IMG/VR virus record: IMGVR_UViG_3300033994_001756
Coordinates: 108,254-172,253 of that record
DNA length: 64,000 nt
Direction: 5' to 3' (one strand)
Source of the DNA: a virus
Part shown: piece by piece, positions 31,001 to 39,759 of the stretch
Layout: each line of letters opens with the position of its first letter
Position numbering within the stretch: position 1 is the stretch's first letter
Position numbers and translations under genes: made by a program
Notes under the pieces: generated by a model
Databases searched by the model: none
Seen by the model: only the letters and a program-made list of their open reading frames with translations
Told to the model about the DNA's origin: nothing

Positions 31001-34000
31001 TATTAAGATGGAATGATGGCACTACAACCATCACTTCTAGTTCTCAATTGTCAATGCCTACATCTGTAGTTTCATATGCACAATTAGAACCTAAGACATT
31101 ATCATTCTTCTATGCAAACAATGAAGCAGGTGAAGATATTATTAGAAATATCTTCGTTGGTAGGAATGCAAGTAAATTTGTTAAATTTGATAACATTGAA
31201 ACTACTTACGCAACAGCAACTAAAGTTATTACCACTGGGGATACATTCTTTATCAATTCTAGTACTGGAGCTGTAACTAGAGCTGGAGCTGGACAATCAG
31301 GAGATTATAAGTTTGTAAAAATTACATATTCCGGATCTTTCTCTGCACTATCTAAAGTTAATTCAACAAAGATTGATATTAATGTTAACTATCTAAGTTC
31401 AATTAGATATAACTATGTTGCAACTGCAACTTCACGTTATCAAAAGACTATTGTAGGAACTAACTCAAGATTAATTCTTTCCCAAGATGATAACGTTATT
31501 AGATACTCTGAGCCAGCTAACTTAGCAATCTCTAATATTGATTCTACATTTACAGTAGCAAATGCTAGCAGATCCACAATTTATGAATTGAGAAATGTCA
31601 CAAGACCTTCTGCAACATCTGGTAAAGTTGTATTGTCTACAAATAGCAGTGGAAAATTAACCAGCCTAGATATCATTTCTATTGGTAGTGGACATCTCAA
31701 GAATGATGTATTTGAAATTTATAGTGGAGCTACAAAAATCTCTAATACATTTACAATGACAGTTAGAGATAATTACAATGAAGAATTACTTGAACTATTT
31801 GAAAATGGTGAATTTAAAGTCATTCTTCCTAACAATTGCTTTATTGTAAATAGTGTAGAAAATCCAACTATTGCTTCAAATCTAAAATCTCAGATACTAA
31901 AATCTAAGTCTATATTTAAGCCTGGTGGATATATTTTATATAATAACATTTATTACAAGATCGCTGTTAATAATCCTACAACTAACAGTCCATACATAGG
32001 TGTATACAAATATATCAATGAAACTAACACCTCTGATATTAGAGCAGATATTGTAGTGATGTTAGAAGATTCTGAGTATTCTCCAACATATCCAAGCAAT
32101 ACAAGATTTGATGTCTTTGATTATGACAATATCCTAGATTATTGGCCTGCAACAGGAAGAATTGTAATTGGTAATCGTGAAACATGTGACTTCACAAAGG
32201 CCGGAAATTCATCAGATCCTAAGGGATATGAGCTTCGTCTAACAAGAAGCATGACCAAGTACTGGCCACATTACATTCGTGACTGGGAAGGTCTAGATCC
32301 AAACAATTCTTCTGATGCTACTGTTACCGTTGATAGTGTTATTCCTACTACACTTACATTAGCAGATCCAGTAGATGTAACTTGTTATGGAATTAAGAGA
32401 TTCAATGCTACAGGATCTGGAAATAACATTGAAGGTATTACTTATGGTGGATCATCTACATATGTAACTCCTACTGGAATTGTAGCTAATAAACTTGCTA
32501 AAATATCAATTAGTTCTACTACTGATGCACAAGGATTACTCGCTGACTTTGAAAAACTTTCAATTGGTCAGACTGTTACTATTCCATATAGAGATATTTC
32601 AAAGCCTGCTGTAAGTGGACAAGCTGCAACTAACTGGAATGCAGTCGAAATTGTTGTTGGCGATCCTCAAAATACAGCCGCATCTAACATCTCAAGTAAT
32701 AGAGAAGGTGATAGACGTATTAGTGGAAGTATTGCATATAGAACTTCAGGATTTAAAGCTGTATTTTATAAGCATACTTATAATATTCATGCAACTAATA
32801 CTCAAGATACCTCAATTTATCAGTATATCAATCCTCTTGTTTCTGCAAACTTAAGTTCCGCAAGAGATTCTTCTGTTGAGCAACTTCACCCAGGTGGATT
32901 TAGGAGATGGGGATATCTCGGTGCTATAAGTGGATTAAATGCAAATGCTGGCCAAAAAGCTCTCACAATTTCTTCTGCATTCGTAAGAAGTATGCAAAGA
33001 ATTTCTAGTGCTGCAACATTTGTAGCTACATTTGATGCAATTGATACCCCAAATGATCCATATGAAAGATTAATGACTGTTTCTGCCCAGCCATCATTTG
33101 GAGCAATCACAAAAGGTCAACCTTTATACTTAAATTCAAATTATACTAACTTGATTGGTTATGTGGTTGGTATGGATGGAGATGTCCGCTCATTAGATGA
33201 TGGAACATATGAAGATTCTATTAATCTATCTGGAAATGGAGGAATTGGAACCTACAGAGTTCTACTTGTAGAAAATCCACCAGCACTAACTGGAAATGTG
33301 ACAGTATATGGACAAAAAAATTCAACAGATTGGTTATATTATGCTCCAAACAATTGCTGTTGGATAAATAATGTCGATTATAAAGTTGTAAATTCTGATA
33401 ATACAACAACTGTATATCTAAACAATAATCTAGTTGATCCTGATGGAGGAAGAAATCCTGGAGATAATCCTCCTGGCGATGGTAGCGCAAGCACACTTTC
33501 AATCGCTGCAGGTTCTAATATTGTATTCTACTATAGTGGTTATTATGATAATAGTATAATTTTAACTCTAGATAAACCATTGACTAAAGCTATTCCAGAG
33601 GGAACGAAATTTAATATTGCACCTACACCAGACTATGGTTATAATAATGACTATGGACATCCTGGAAAGGGACAAAATAATTCATTCCTATTCAAGTCAA
33701 GAATTCTTGATCTGGAAAAGGATGGCACAAATGGCAAGATTAATGTTTACCTTGCAGATCCATTCCCAACTGCAAATTGGAACCGAGATTCATCCGGAGC
33801 ATTACTAGCGGATGGTTCAACCACATCAAGTCCAGTTAAAACTTACGGTATGATGTACATTAATCATGGTGGATGGACTTATCCTAAGACTGGTGGTAGT
33901 GCATTCCGTGCAAATAATATTAAACTTGCTAATGCAAATGCTAGTGATTCAGTATTCTGCACTGAAATTTATCTTCCAAATAGAAGTGGTAGAGTTAGAG

Positions 34001-35778
34001 CTGGAGATTTACTGTCATACACTTGGGAAGATATCTACAGAATTCAAGCTACTACTGATCTAACTTGTACAATTACAACAAGCACTGCAAGTAAAGAAAT
34101 TACTTTAAGTTCTACATCTGATGCAAAATTTGCACAGCAGATCATTCTACCTGGATATATCATTTATAGTTCTAGTGGAGTTGAGTTGGGAACTGTTTCT
34201 AGTGTAGATGCTACCAAGATTTACTTGGTGGAAAATTCCAAGGCTGCTGTTACAACTAATGCTTCATGGAGATACACTTCTACTGGAAGAACATATACAT
34301 ATTCTTCTCAGATCTTTACAGTGGATCCTCCATCAACCACAAGTAGCAATGAATATTTTGGATATTCAAGATGTACCATCATTGCAAATAATGCCCACAT
34401 TCTACATAATGGATATAGAGATAGCCACAAGCCAAATTGGTATACAATCCAAGATGTGTTTGTAAGCCATAGATTAGGAAACTTTACATTTGATGGTCCT
34501 ATTGCAAGAAAGTTTGTTTACTCTGATACTGGAGTTAAATTAACCTTCGGAGAATATAAAATCTGGTATGAAAGATATCAAAATTATATTAACGCAAATG
34601 AAAACTCTACTGGACAGGCAATGTCTGGAAGACAAGGTTGGGTTGGAAACTTCGGATTATCTGCATCAGGTCAAAGAACCATTGGTATTCAATTAAATGG
34701 TGCATCATCACTACAAAGAGGTAGACAATATAATAGTTCTATCTGGCTAACTGCAGTTCCAGTTCATGCCAAGTGGGAAAATGCTTCATATTCACCATAC
34801 ATGCTACAATGTAATGTTGGTTCAACTATTGAAAGTAATTATGCTCCAACCACATTAACTAACTATGATGGTGTTGGATCATTCACATTCTCAGCATTGA
34901 ATCATACTACATTATCGACAGGTTCTATCTATGCTTCTCATAATACTGGTGATTATGCTTCATATGGTGGGGAATCTTACGATACTAAGCAGTATCAGTT
35001 TATCTCAACCAATACTAGATTGAGATATTCTCTACAAAATGGTACAGTATCTGATACTGGTAGTGTTGCAGGTGGTAGTTCTTCAAGACTTGCAGAACAA
35101 TTGGCTATCAATAATGTTATTAACTACAAACCATCACTAAGCACTACTTTTGCACGCCAGAATCAATCACTGTCTATCTCTATAACATCTGGATCATCAA
35201 CTATTACGGGAACAAACGTAGCACTCACACTACTTCCAGGTGACGTAGTTTATGCAGATCAATCACCATCTCCATCTAGTTTTGTTGGCGTTGTAAGATC
35301 AAAAGGTGCGAATGACAATGAAGTGATTATTTCTCAAGCTTATACAGGAACTACAATTACAAATGATACAGCTTGGTCATACATTTCTCCACGAGTAATG
35401 CACTCAACAACTGCTGGTGCTGGTGCTGTGGCTGGACAATCACTAGTATTCTCTGGTGACTCTGAAACTGGTGTAACTCCAACTAATGTTGGAACTCTCG
35501 GATACAACGTGATTGGAAACAACAAGCCAGGATTTAATAGATATAATATAAGATTCAATGTTGATAGAAGAGTATACAACCAGTCAACACTGATAAATAC
35601 TTTCAACAACTTGAAACCTGTAGAATCTTTTGATGTAGCAAACAGAGTTATTGATATTAAATTTGGAGATTTATCCACCTACGTATCACCACTATTCAAT
35701 GTGGAAGTTACAAGATTTAATCCAAAAACTCACGTCGAAACATCTATTTCTGTGGTTGGAGATCCCCTACACATTTAA
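22072..35778 (+). CDS. giant virion structural / tail-fibre-like protein (4568 aa)
   Basis: uninterrupted 13.7-kb ORF rich in S/T/G/N; LYVN...RPFKTIERAL, CIRDIGYFIDA, beta-helix-like SMVVAQFT/SITNSNSNFG and HTWEYIG motifs; late promoter. Confidence 0.85.
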   Translation: MALTRITSGGIAEGVVIKFDQNNSPTAPAIGFEGVGNTGTGIYSPANNELAISTDGQTRLTFKPDGKIIAGNGTILGGTNPDFENAENITLYVNQSDKNATDLEDNDGGNLNRPFKTIERALLEAAKRSYKPNPTAISVSTLEVGKAYTIVNAGNTDFVSIGASSNTAGVSFIATAQGNGTGTVVLSNDKFEAFTIMVLPGQYEIDNRPGYDITTNPLSAGTAVAIDAEPFRFNPRNGGVIVPRGTSIVGYDLRKTVIRPKYVPSPFSIDGSITSDGYILYHTMYDGANMVEKNRGYIQEQTKLYLQGNQAGYNGLNDAQKNLCIRDIGYFIDAIVKDLRQGGNENTFNNAEYYIDGNGYRTQFLKSGDSDLSQEVAATVAAFNHAISIMRFITKSYNDSSITYSEITSGKTINRTTFSAGNGYVSDGDCSAVVNAVATLGAIATGILNNPDDYTREAVTVTLVGGGTATVKLRKTQGVFNQTSIFKVTGGCYFWQMTFKDAVATSSKPIYNGASFDSNGIPTFSTTTDSKYSHHRVVAFTYADQRTTDGELDQYYKKIDAWQGRPDTSQVRPEEYTIVGDGSKNSTIDTVNSCSPYIFNCSLRSVFGMCGMHTDGSKVAENSFKSMVVAQFTGISLQKDRSVFIQPKDLQGDTNVTPSPNTTTLYNDDDESTTAKPPVFADPDAEYKPECRHFHIKASNGGFIQVVSVFAVGYADQFLAETGGDMSITNSNSNFGQISLRAKGSQFNSFAPASQGRITAVVPPKGISPTLNDVSFYNINAGPTWGPSTFATSEELTPAVLSALAGFTNSKYFSLYLETGATNEDSIPELIVTSTDKVTGNKVTKRFLSYGTSNQYSLFRDYYQVTGISPESSRYINLELESSTGGEPSKFRAKVKIFDPTDIPDEDNPKVNNVPTTKNAERVGYFWDNNGVYLKLDYTDADTRKFLTDFIFSFNEEKSFDFVTKFNPGDGSATTALEEVTRKLLRYKTGFPSTLTIKKYLDTRTSAPSELLWKLEYTIPKYLSSNAIPKAPEKRFIIKGTRAGNGEDGIPYSDYRFMVWDVQEVTSWEKDVRDGVYYLTVIRCDVNKFADSSANSPSTIERRPTGIDAPGTGTTTTSFSSTFIEEVNNFDKDTKLFTNINYLYPSVNEEGPDYDTRRVWNFPQADSRVLLENIGQGNRIKDISVPNFKSFRTTDSTTPFKDIPSLYSVTAESVHRLVQALDLRYITSSNTMATTGGGPDNSGRVFIAPVAPWDSRTSQSALGYTSSSTSFNVYSSSIRFGRGPAGSIVTEASKITEYNNFGVNLDAADRRIIVTSPGYVVNSNTIQASSDANQTGLTYAPLLPLYRPSILRASSHTWEYIGLGSGNYSTGFPNLQTRVLKIYEQFIAQGYENSGGFIASSGTNSAGDFYIGNQIIQAGGTSTVTLNVPKLRKSSESNYLDIDNIENRISNAVVNVTDTADGSGANANQSALKELSNFFNIAKLTVSDKANINNLIIGERLFIDRAEINNSAFFPEGNTNAYGFVKAAKPEKTGFISTDTNDKLYVSPKYLDAWRVKRQLISAQAVTLDNNRVYVQPYLQNSVDSYKSVNGKKVADAITFTNTVVNDVTWSTSSVIKLAFTESSGIPSYGKIDIEMNLIGLTVTDFYVDGSGNKIYFNPVINIPLQYQEIDYTDNTAVISNYQNGIALPTYLRSYCGNGTYTSIIKNYPSIIATGGNFGTDASEGDIKYLTAKLASNFTNNNDINVLNTSTYKDLQVTMTADEYQQWPNRGCISLREAPKGGTYKIATFAYYKTGHNSGTNVATFKLTKNVGEGTNTAGTSAQFTTDYENNYPGIASKNVFFFGCSTQVYSSDRWAAESPFIPPLDPTKGVVEEVNIEDAILYTSPQKSLPVAVTLDQDWFDKNLPNPYSSKALGVNIQERRAVKKFSPLFSFSQAKQWAENSGFTSADELELLMKPGYYKLDGTQFPCSVKINGTGVANSSVFAGKERTRTSAGRMGGYLEDTVRRGDSIYLYRSPEFYTQWGFGNDAMYVNVSGGLGANGSFNVNNVHFLGLNEAITKSEIPDSIYTSNPVLQNARRVVRRAYYIKGKIKSTPSLNTINSTGVDGAIEVIANVSTGTGVNALLVPSVNSIDIVNDIADNANYYELNSATISNSRYLVVVLKQSDFTAEQFDRMRKYIIPGTTMYWLAENGKVIKLSDEATVENLSKSTKVLSVRRKNAGLNTEEIQVLISVYRTAGGNNGNNASYTNPVEDLDLEGYTSGKRKLVFLNEDGAEFTTLAYNWALETRRQFLPKGFMHEGGYQSAIIKTVVSGGASGTKTITLDNVESILTGDKIVALDSAGNNLIPVGTRVETIVGNVITLTDNITTSIPAQSFVSFTQFNIFGDEITKYDIPEIYGIIRGSEEGYISLIIDRNPNYEVDNSIQPYPYGAGSFSEYPTQLIQLKTTPTSTTTNYGAAEDVAIATNRKKALPLRRNGFTETRYLVLDIAPREFGAIPAGNASNPNAATSIDSFIENAGISKTILTQFANYDNTTLQFGGGIGKGFVQPTINFNNITIAANAEFTIGSNDIQSAINTALNSAGSLTNTRSYNDRLFASLVSNGGTSSNVALYATINVSTGAITSVMAYRLNSTQQTTINGSFRIQINDGRGFILSPTGRTVSLSDNQLSADDFKVVAKQNLLSAIATTPDTTGGGSSPYLDYVRKRTTGPGANVDDDALTARGKKIFLSWPYAYRALRRRFPSAGFPVNGNYQSSLITVNAIPGSGFTLNLTGVTIGAQSPASEAANTFGGGYRGGLIKCRGSKLTLNGTRFRGNLSLDWTGLFSGNSSRVGGSFIAGHSIEMFQMEDQNEFTQMGGDLPAYAIATSPQDEEFRTLSEYNPQSNIYLEPSKDPYGRLSDGDARTFPINTLQAIRRFNKSSQGVVPWTGESEIPKGGLLTKVALNERYQTPNKIYYDAPNGTPTGNHIPTASGNSSAVLLRWNDGTTTITSSSQLSMPTSVVSYAQLEPKTLSFFYANNEAGEDIIRNIFVGRNASKFVKFDNIETTYATATKVITTGDTFFINSSTGAVTRAGAGQSGDYKFVKITYSGSFSALSKVNSTKIDINVNYLSSIRYNYVATATSRYQKTIVGTNSRLILSQDDNVIRYSEPANLAISNIDSTFTVANASRSTIYELRNVTRPSATSGKVVLSTNSSGKLTSLDIISIGSGHLKNDVFEIYSGATKISNTFTMTVRDNYNEELLELFENGEFKVILPNNCFIVNSVENPTIASNLKSQILKSKSIFKPGGYILYNNIYYKIAVNNPTTNSPYIGVYKYINETNTSDIRADIVVMLEDSEYSPTYPSNTRFDVFDYDNILDYWPATGRIVIGNRETCDFTKAGNSSDPKGYELRLTRSMTKYWPHYIRDWEGLDPNNSSDATVTVDSVIPTTLTLADPVDVTCYGIKRFNATGSGNNIEGITYGGSSTYVTPTGIVANKLAKISISSTTDAQGLLADFEKLSIGQTVTIPYRDISKPAVSGQAATNWNAVEIVVGDPQNTAASNISSNREGDRRISGSIAYRTSGFKAVFYKHTYNIHATNTQDTSIYQYINPLVSANLSSARDSSVEQLHPGGFRRWGYLGAISGLNANAGQKALTISSAFVRSMQRISSAATFVATFDAIDTPNDPYERLMTVSAQPSFGAITKGQPLYLNSNYTNLIGYVVGMDGDVRSLDDGTYEDSINLSGNGGIGTYRVLLVENPPALTGNVTVYGQKNSTDWLYYAPNNCCWINNVDYKVVNSDNTTTVYLNNNLVDPDGGRNPGDNPPGDGSASTLSIAAGSNIVFYYSGYYDNSIILTLDKPLTKAIPEGTKFNIAPTPDYGYNNDYGHPGKGQNNSFLFKSRILDLEKDGTNGKINVYLADPFPTANWNRDSSGALLADGSTTSSPVKTYGMMYINHGGWTYPKTGGSAFRANNIKLANANASDSVFCTEIYLPNRSGRVRAGDLLSYTWEDIYRIQATTDLTCTITTSTASKEITLSSTSDAKFAQQIILPGYIIYSSSGVELGTVSSVDATKIYLVENSKAAVTTNASWRYTSTGRTYTYSSQIFTVDPPSTTSSNEYFGYSRCTIIANNAHILHNGYRDSHKPNWYTIQDVFVSHRLGNFTFDGPIARKFVYSDTGVKLTFGEYKIWYERYQNYINANENSTGQAMSGRQGWVGNFGLSASGQRTIGIQLNGASSLQRGRQYNSSIWLTAVPVHAKWENASYSPYMLQCNVGSTIESNYAPTTLTNYDGVGSFTFSALNHTTLSTGSIYASHNTGDYASYGGESYDTKQYQFISTNTRLRYSLQNGTVSDTGSVAGGSSSRLAEQLAINNVINYKPSLSTTFARQNQSLSISITSGSSTITGTNVALTLLPGDVVYADQSPSPSSFVGVVRSKGANDNEVIISQAYTGTTITNDTAWSYISPRVMHSTTAGAGAVAGQSLVFSGDSETGVTPTNVGTLGYNVIGNNKPGFNRYNIRFNVDRRVYNQSTLINTFNNLKPVESFDVANRVIDIKFGDLSTYVSPLFNVEVTRFNPKTHVETSISVVGDPLHI

Positions 35779-35795
35779 TTACCGAAAATTTAACT

Positions 35796-36317
35796 ATGGC
35801 TTATTTTTTAACAGATCAACAAGAATATGAATTGAATTTATTCTTAGATGAGCAAAACCGAATAGCATATCATAAACAAATGGAATCGGATGAACTTTCA
35901 GACGAACTGAAAGAAATCATTAAAAAGACTGAAGAAACTGGTAGTCCGATTCCAGCCTTTGATCCAAAGTATGGGTACTATACTGTTTCCTTCACTCCTT
36001 GCAATGAAGGAAACCGAATCTATGCTCATCATCATATCACTAATCAATCTAAGGCAATCTATGATCCTGCAAATAATGTAGAAATTATAGATGATCAAGT
36101 TAGTGTTAAGGAACCAGATGTGCCAGTGAATGAATTGGAAAGTACTCCAGAAGAACCTACTGTATTGGATGATGATTTTGAAGACATTGATAAGATTATA
36201 GATTCTATCATTCCAGAAGAAGATTCTGACATTGATGCAACATCTCAAAAGTTAACTTCTTTGTTTGGACCTCCACCAGATCATATTTTACAAGAGATGC
36301 AACTACAATCAGAATAA
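35796..36317 (+). CDS. acidic hypothetical protein (173 aa)
   Basis: ORF between structural genes; D/E-rich C-terminal half. Confidence 0.75.
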   Translation: MAYFLTDQQEYELNLFLDEQNRIAYHKQMESDELSDELKEIIKKTEETGSPIPAFDPKYGYYTVSFTPCNEGNRIYAHHHITNQSKAIYDPANNVEIIDDQVSVKEPDVPVNELESTPEEPTVLDDDFEDIDKIIDSIIPEEDSDIDATSQKLTSLFGPPPDHILQEMQLQSE

Positions 36318-36321
36318 ATAG

Positions 36322-36345
36322 AAGAGGGATATATATCCCTCTTTT
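36322..36345 (+). terminator. stem-loop / intrinsic terminator
   Basis: AAGAGGGAT-ATAT-ATCCCTCTT followed by TT; AATAAATA (36313-36320) immediately upstream. Confidence 0.65.
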
Positions 36346-36376
36346 CTAATAGGTAAATACCGACAGGACTTGCCAT

Positions 36377-39300
36377 ATGGCTACAAATATTAGGCTTAAA
36401 TCTAGCTCTCAATCTGGAAAAGAACCTACACTTTCAGAATTGTCTCTAAGAGAATTGGCAGTTAATACTGCTGATGGCAAATTATTCCTTAGAAAGGGCG
36501 ATGGAACTGGCACAGATAAAATTATAGAGGTAACTGCCCCATTAAAGGCTAGTGAGCCTATGGGACACGAAGATAAGTCTCAAAGTACCATTTCTTTTGA
36601 CAGTGGAACTAGGGTTTTCACGATTCAACCAAGTTCTACCTCATTCAATGTTTGGTGTAAAGGAGTAAAGTATAATATAACTAGTGCTCGCACAGTAACT
36701 ATTCCAAATACGACTGGACTATATTTTATTTACTTTGATGCAGATGGAGTTCTACAATATAGAACTTCATATTTTGATTGGGAGAATGATACTCCAACTG
36801 CGTATGTTTATTGGAATTCAACTACTGCAACTGCGCCATTTGTGGCAGACGAAAGGCATGGTATTGTTTTAGATTGGCAAACCCACGAATACCTACACAG
36901 AACTCGTGGTGCAGTAATTGCTAATGGATTTTCAATCAGTAATTATATTACCACCGGAACTGGTGCAAACAATTCAGATGCTCAGTTTGATCTCAGCGGT
37001 GGTACATTTTTTGATGAAGATTTAGAAGTTATAGTTACTCATAGTAATAGTCCGACTGCAAATACATGGCAACAAGATTTGCAAGGTCCAGCTCGAATTC
37101 CGGTTTTTTATCAGAGTGGAAATTCGTGGGTGGTGGATGCTCCTACAGATTATGCTGTAAAGCAAGGAACATCAAGAATTAAGTATAATTTATTGAGTGG
37201 GGGAACGTGGTCAACTCCAGATGTAGCTACCAATACTCATTATACTACATCTTGGATAATTGCGACAAACAATATCAATTACCCTGTAATTACAATTATG
37301 GGGCAGAGTCAATCAAGTTTAATCAGTGATCAAGAAGAATTAACATTTGCTGATTTAACTTTAAGTGATTTTCCAATTGTAGAATTTAGACCTATTTGGA
37401 AAATTATTTGGCAGACAGATTCTGGATATGCTAATACTCCAAAAGCAAGAATTGCTGCCGTATTTGATATTAGACAACTTACTTCCACTGGTGGGATTTC
37501 TGGAACTACTCCAGTATCTGACCATGGATTGCTCAGTGGACTTGGTGATGATGATCATTTACAATATGTGCATGTTAGTGAAAACAGAACTATTACTGCA
37601 AATCATACTATTACTGGCAATTTAACTTTATCTAGTGGATTAAGAGATAGATTAGGTAATTTAGGTAGTGCTGGACAATTTTTATCATCTACTGGTACAA
37701 ATATAGAGTGGAAATATCCAACTGTTACAAATGTTTTATATGTATCTAAAGATGGTAATGATTCAAATTCTGGAACTAGTTTACAGAATGCTAAAGCTAC
37801 AATAAAATCTGCATTGTCAGTTGCATCTGCAGGAACTGTAGTAAAAGTTTCGGCTGGAAATTATATAGAAAATAATCCAGTTATCATTCCAGCACAAGTT
37901 AGTGTAGTTGGAGATTCTTTAAGAGAAGTCAGTGTTAGTCCTCAAAATTCTGGAAATTTATTTTATGTAAACAATGGATCATATGCATCCAATATGTCAT
38001 TTACATCATCAACATCAAACAGCGGAGCAATATTTTCATTTAATCCGTCAGATCCTCCATATATTAATCAGTCTCCATATATTCAAAATTGTACTAATTT
38101 TATTTCTGGGTCCACTGGATTACTTATTGATGGAGATAATTGCATCGGACAACTTAAGAGTATGGTCGTAGATTCATATACACAATTTAATCAAAATGGA
38201 ATTGGTGCTAAAATACAAAATGATGGATATGCTCAATTGGTATCTATGTTTACAATATGCACAGATAAAGCTATTGAATGTAGAAATGGTGGCGGTTGTG
38301 ATTTAACTAATTCCAATTCATCATTTGGAAATTATGGGTTAATTGCTGATGGAGTTAGTGATTTAAAATATACTGGAAGTGTAACCTCTGCTATTTCTGC
38401 GAATACAACAGATAGTATAAATGTAGATATTTCTACTCCTACATATAATGTTACCGGGGCATCTTATAATAATTCTACTGGAGAAGTTACAGTTACAATT
38501 GGATCTCATTCAATTCAAGTTGGAATGGATGTAAAAATTGAAAATTTAACTTTTAGTTGTACTTCTGGTGGATCATCCAGTAATCAAGTATTTCCTTCCG
38601 GAAATTATGGATATGTATTTACGGTAAAATCTGTAACATCTACTTCAATAACTGCAAATGTTGGAAGTTCTACATTGAGTCATACTTATGTATCTGGCGG
38701 AACTGTTAAAATTAACAATGTAAAGCCATATGATGGTCAAGTAGTTACTTTTAATAATACTTTATATTATCAAGTTAACAAAATTACTATTACGAATGGT
38801 GGAAATAATTATACAACAGCACCAAATATTACAATATCTAGTCCAGCAACTTCTTGGGGAATTGGTGCTCAAGCTATAGCTGAAATTCAAAACGGCCAAA
38901 TTAAATCTATCGAAGTTATCTCATCTGGTAGAGGATACACATCCAGTCCCCCAACATTAACATTGTCTGGGGGTGGAGGTTCTGGAGTTACATATTCAGT
39001 TGAAATGGCCCCACAATATTATGTGATAGATACTACAGAACAACTAAGTTCAAATAATTATAAAATTACTCTTACTGATACAATTCCATTTAGTGTTGCT
39101 CAAAATGATTCAATTGAATTTTATAAACAGACTAGATTATTAGCATCTGGGCATTCATTTGAATATATTGGATCTGGAACTGATATTCAAACTAGTTTAC
39201 CGTTTAAAGGTGGGGTAAGCATTCAAGAAAATGAAGTTGATATGAAAAATGGAGGATTAGTAGTATATACATCTACTGATCAATCCGGAAACTTTAGAAT

Positions 39301-39409
39301 AGGCGATGGAGTTGTAATAAATCAATTAACCGGAACAATAACTGGAAATTCTTACTCTAAGAGTTTATTTTCATCAATAACTCCATTCATTCTAGCTTTA
39401 GGAGCGTAA
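36377..39409 (+). CDS. tail-fibre-like virion protein with beta-helix region (1010 aa)
   Basis: ELAVNTADGKLF N-terminus, HGLLSGLGDDDHLQY, LYVSKDGNDSNSG, QSPYIQNCT, SGHSFEYIGSG. Confidence 0.8.
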   Translation: MATNIRLKSSSQSGKEPTLSELSLRELAVNTADGKLFLRKGDGTGTDKIIEVTAPLKASEPMGHEDKSQSTISFDSGTRVFTIQPSSTSFNVWCKGVKYNITSARTVTIPNTTGLYFIYFDADGVLQYRTSYFDWENDTPTAYVYWNSTTATAPFVADERHGIVLDWQTHEYLHRTRGAVIANGFSISNYITTGTGANNSDAQFDLSGGTFFDEDLEVIVTHSNSPTANTWQQDLQGPARIPVFYQSGNSWVVDAPTDYAVKQGTSRIKYNLLSGGTWSTPDVATNTHYTTSWIIATNNINYPVITIMGQSQSSLISDQEELTFADLTLSDFPIVEFRPIWKIIWQTDSGYANTPKARIAAVFDIRQLTSTGGISGTTPVSDHGLLSGLGDDDHLQYVHVSENRTITANHTITGNLTLSSGLRDRLGNLGSAGQFLSSTGTNIEWKYPTVTNVLYVSKDGNDSNSGTSLQNAKATIKSALSVASAGTVVKVSAGNYIENNPVIIPAQVSVVGDSLREVSVSPQNSGNLFYVNNGSYASNMSFTSSTSNSGAIFSFNPSDPPYINQSPYIQNCTNFISGSTGLLIDGDNCIGQLKSMVVDSYTQFNQNGIGAKIQNDGYAQLVSMFTICTDKAIECRNGGGCDLTNSNSSFGNYGLIADGVSDLKYTGSVTSAISANTTDSINVDISTPTYNVTGASYNNSTGEVTVTIGSHSIQVGMDVKIENLTFSCTSGGSSSNQVFPSGNYGYVFTVKSVTSTSITANVGSSTLSHTYVSGGTVKINNVKPYDGQVVTFNNTLYYQVNKITITNGGNNYTTAPNITISSPATSWGIGAQAIAEIQNGQIKSIEVISSGRGYTSSPPTLTLSGGGGSGVTYSVEMAPQYYVIDTTEQLSSNNYKITLTDTIPFSVAQNDSIEFYKQTRLLASGHSFEYIGSGTDIQTSLPFKGGVSIQENEVDMKNGGLVVYTSTDQSGNFRIGDGVVINQLTGTITGNSYSKSLFSSITPFILALGA

Positions 39410-39415
39410 TTAACA

Positions 39416-39748
39416 ATGGCATTAAAAAATAATGTATTTAAAACTATAGCAGAAGTAGTTCCTACTAGCTCTACTTTAATATATACTGCACCTACCGGAT
39501 ATTCGGCTGTTCTTCTATTGGCACAAGTTGCAAATATTAGCACAACAACATCATATGATGTTACTTTAATTTATACTAGAGGTAGTACAAATACTGAATT
39601 ATTTAAATCATTTCCAGTTCCATTTAAAGATACCGTTAATTTATTGCAAGGAAAATTAGTCTTAGAATCTGGAGATAAATTATATTTGTCTGGTAGTAAT
39701 GGAAGTAATTTGAAATTTGTAGCATCTGTTTTAGAAACAATTAATTAG
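39416..39748 (+). CDS. small virion structural protein (110 aa)
   Basis: IYTAPTG and GKLVLESGD beta-sandwich motifs typical of fibre-associated proteins. Confidence 0.7.
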   Translation: MALKNNVFKTIAEVVPTSSTLIYTAPTGYSAVLLLAQVANISTTTSYDVTLIYTRGSTNTELFKSFPVPFKDTVNLLQGKLVLESGDKLYLSGSNGSNLKFVASVLETIN

Positions 39749-39759
39749 TAGTACTTAAA

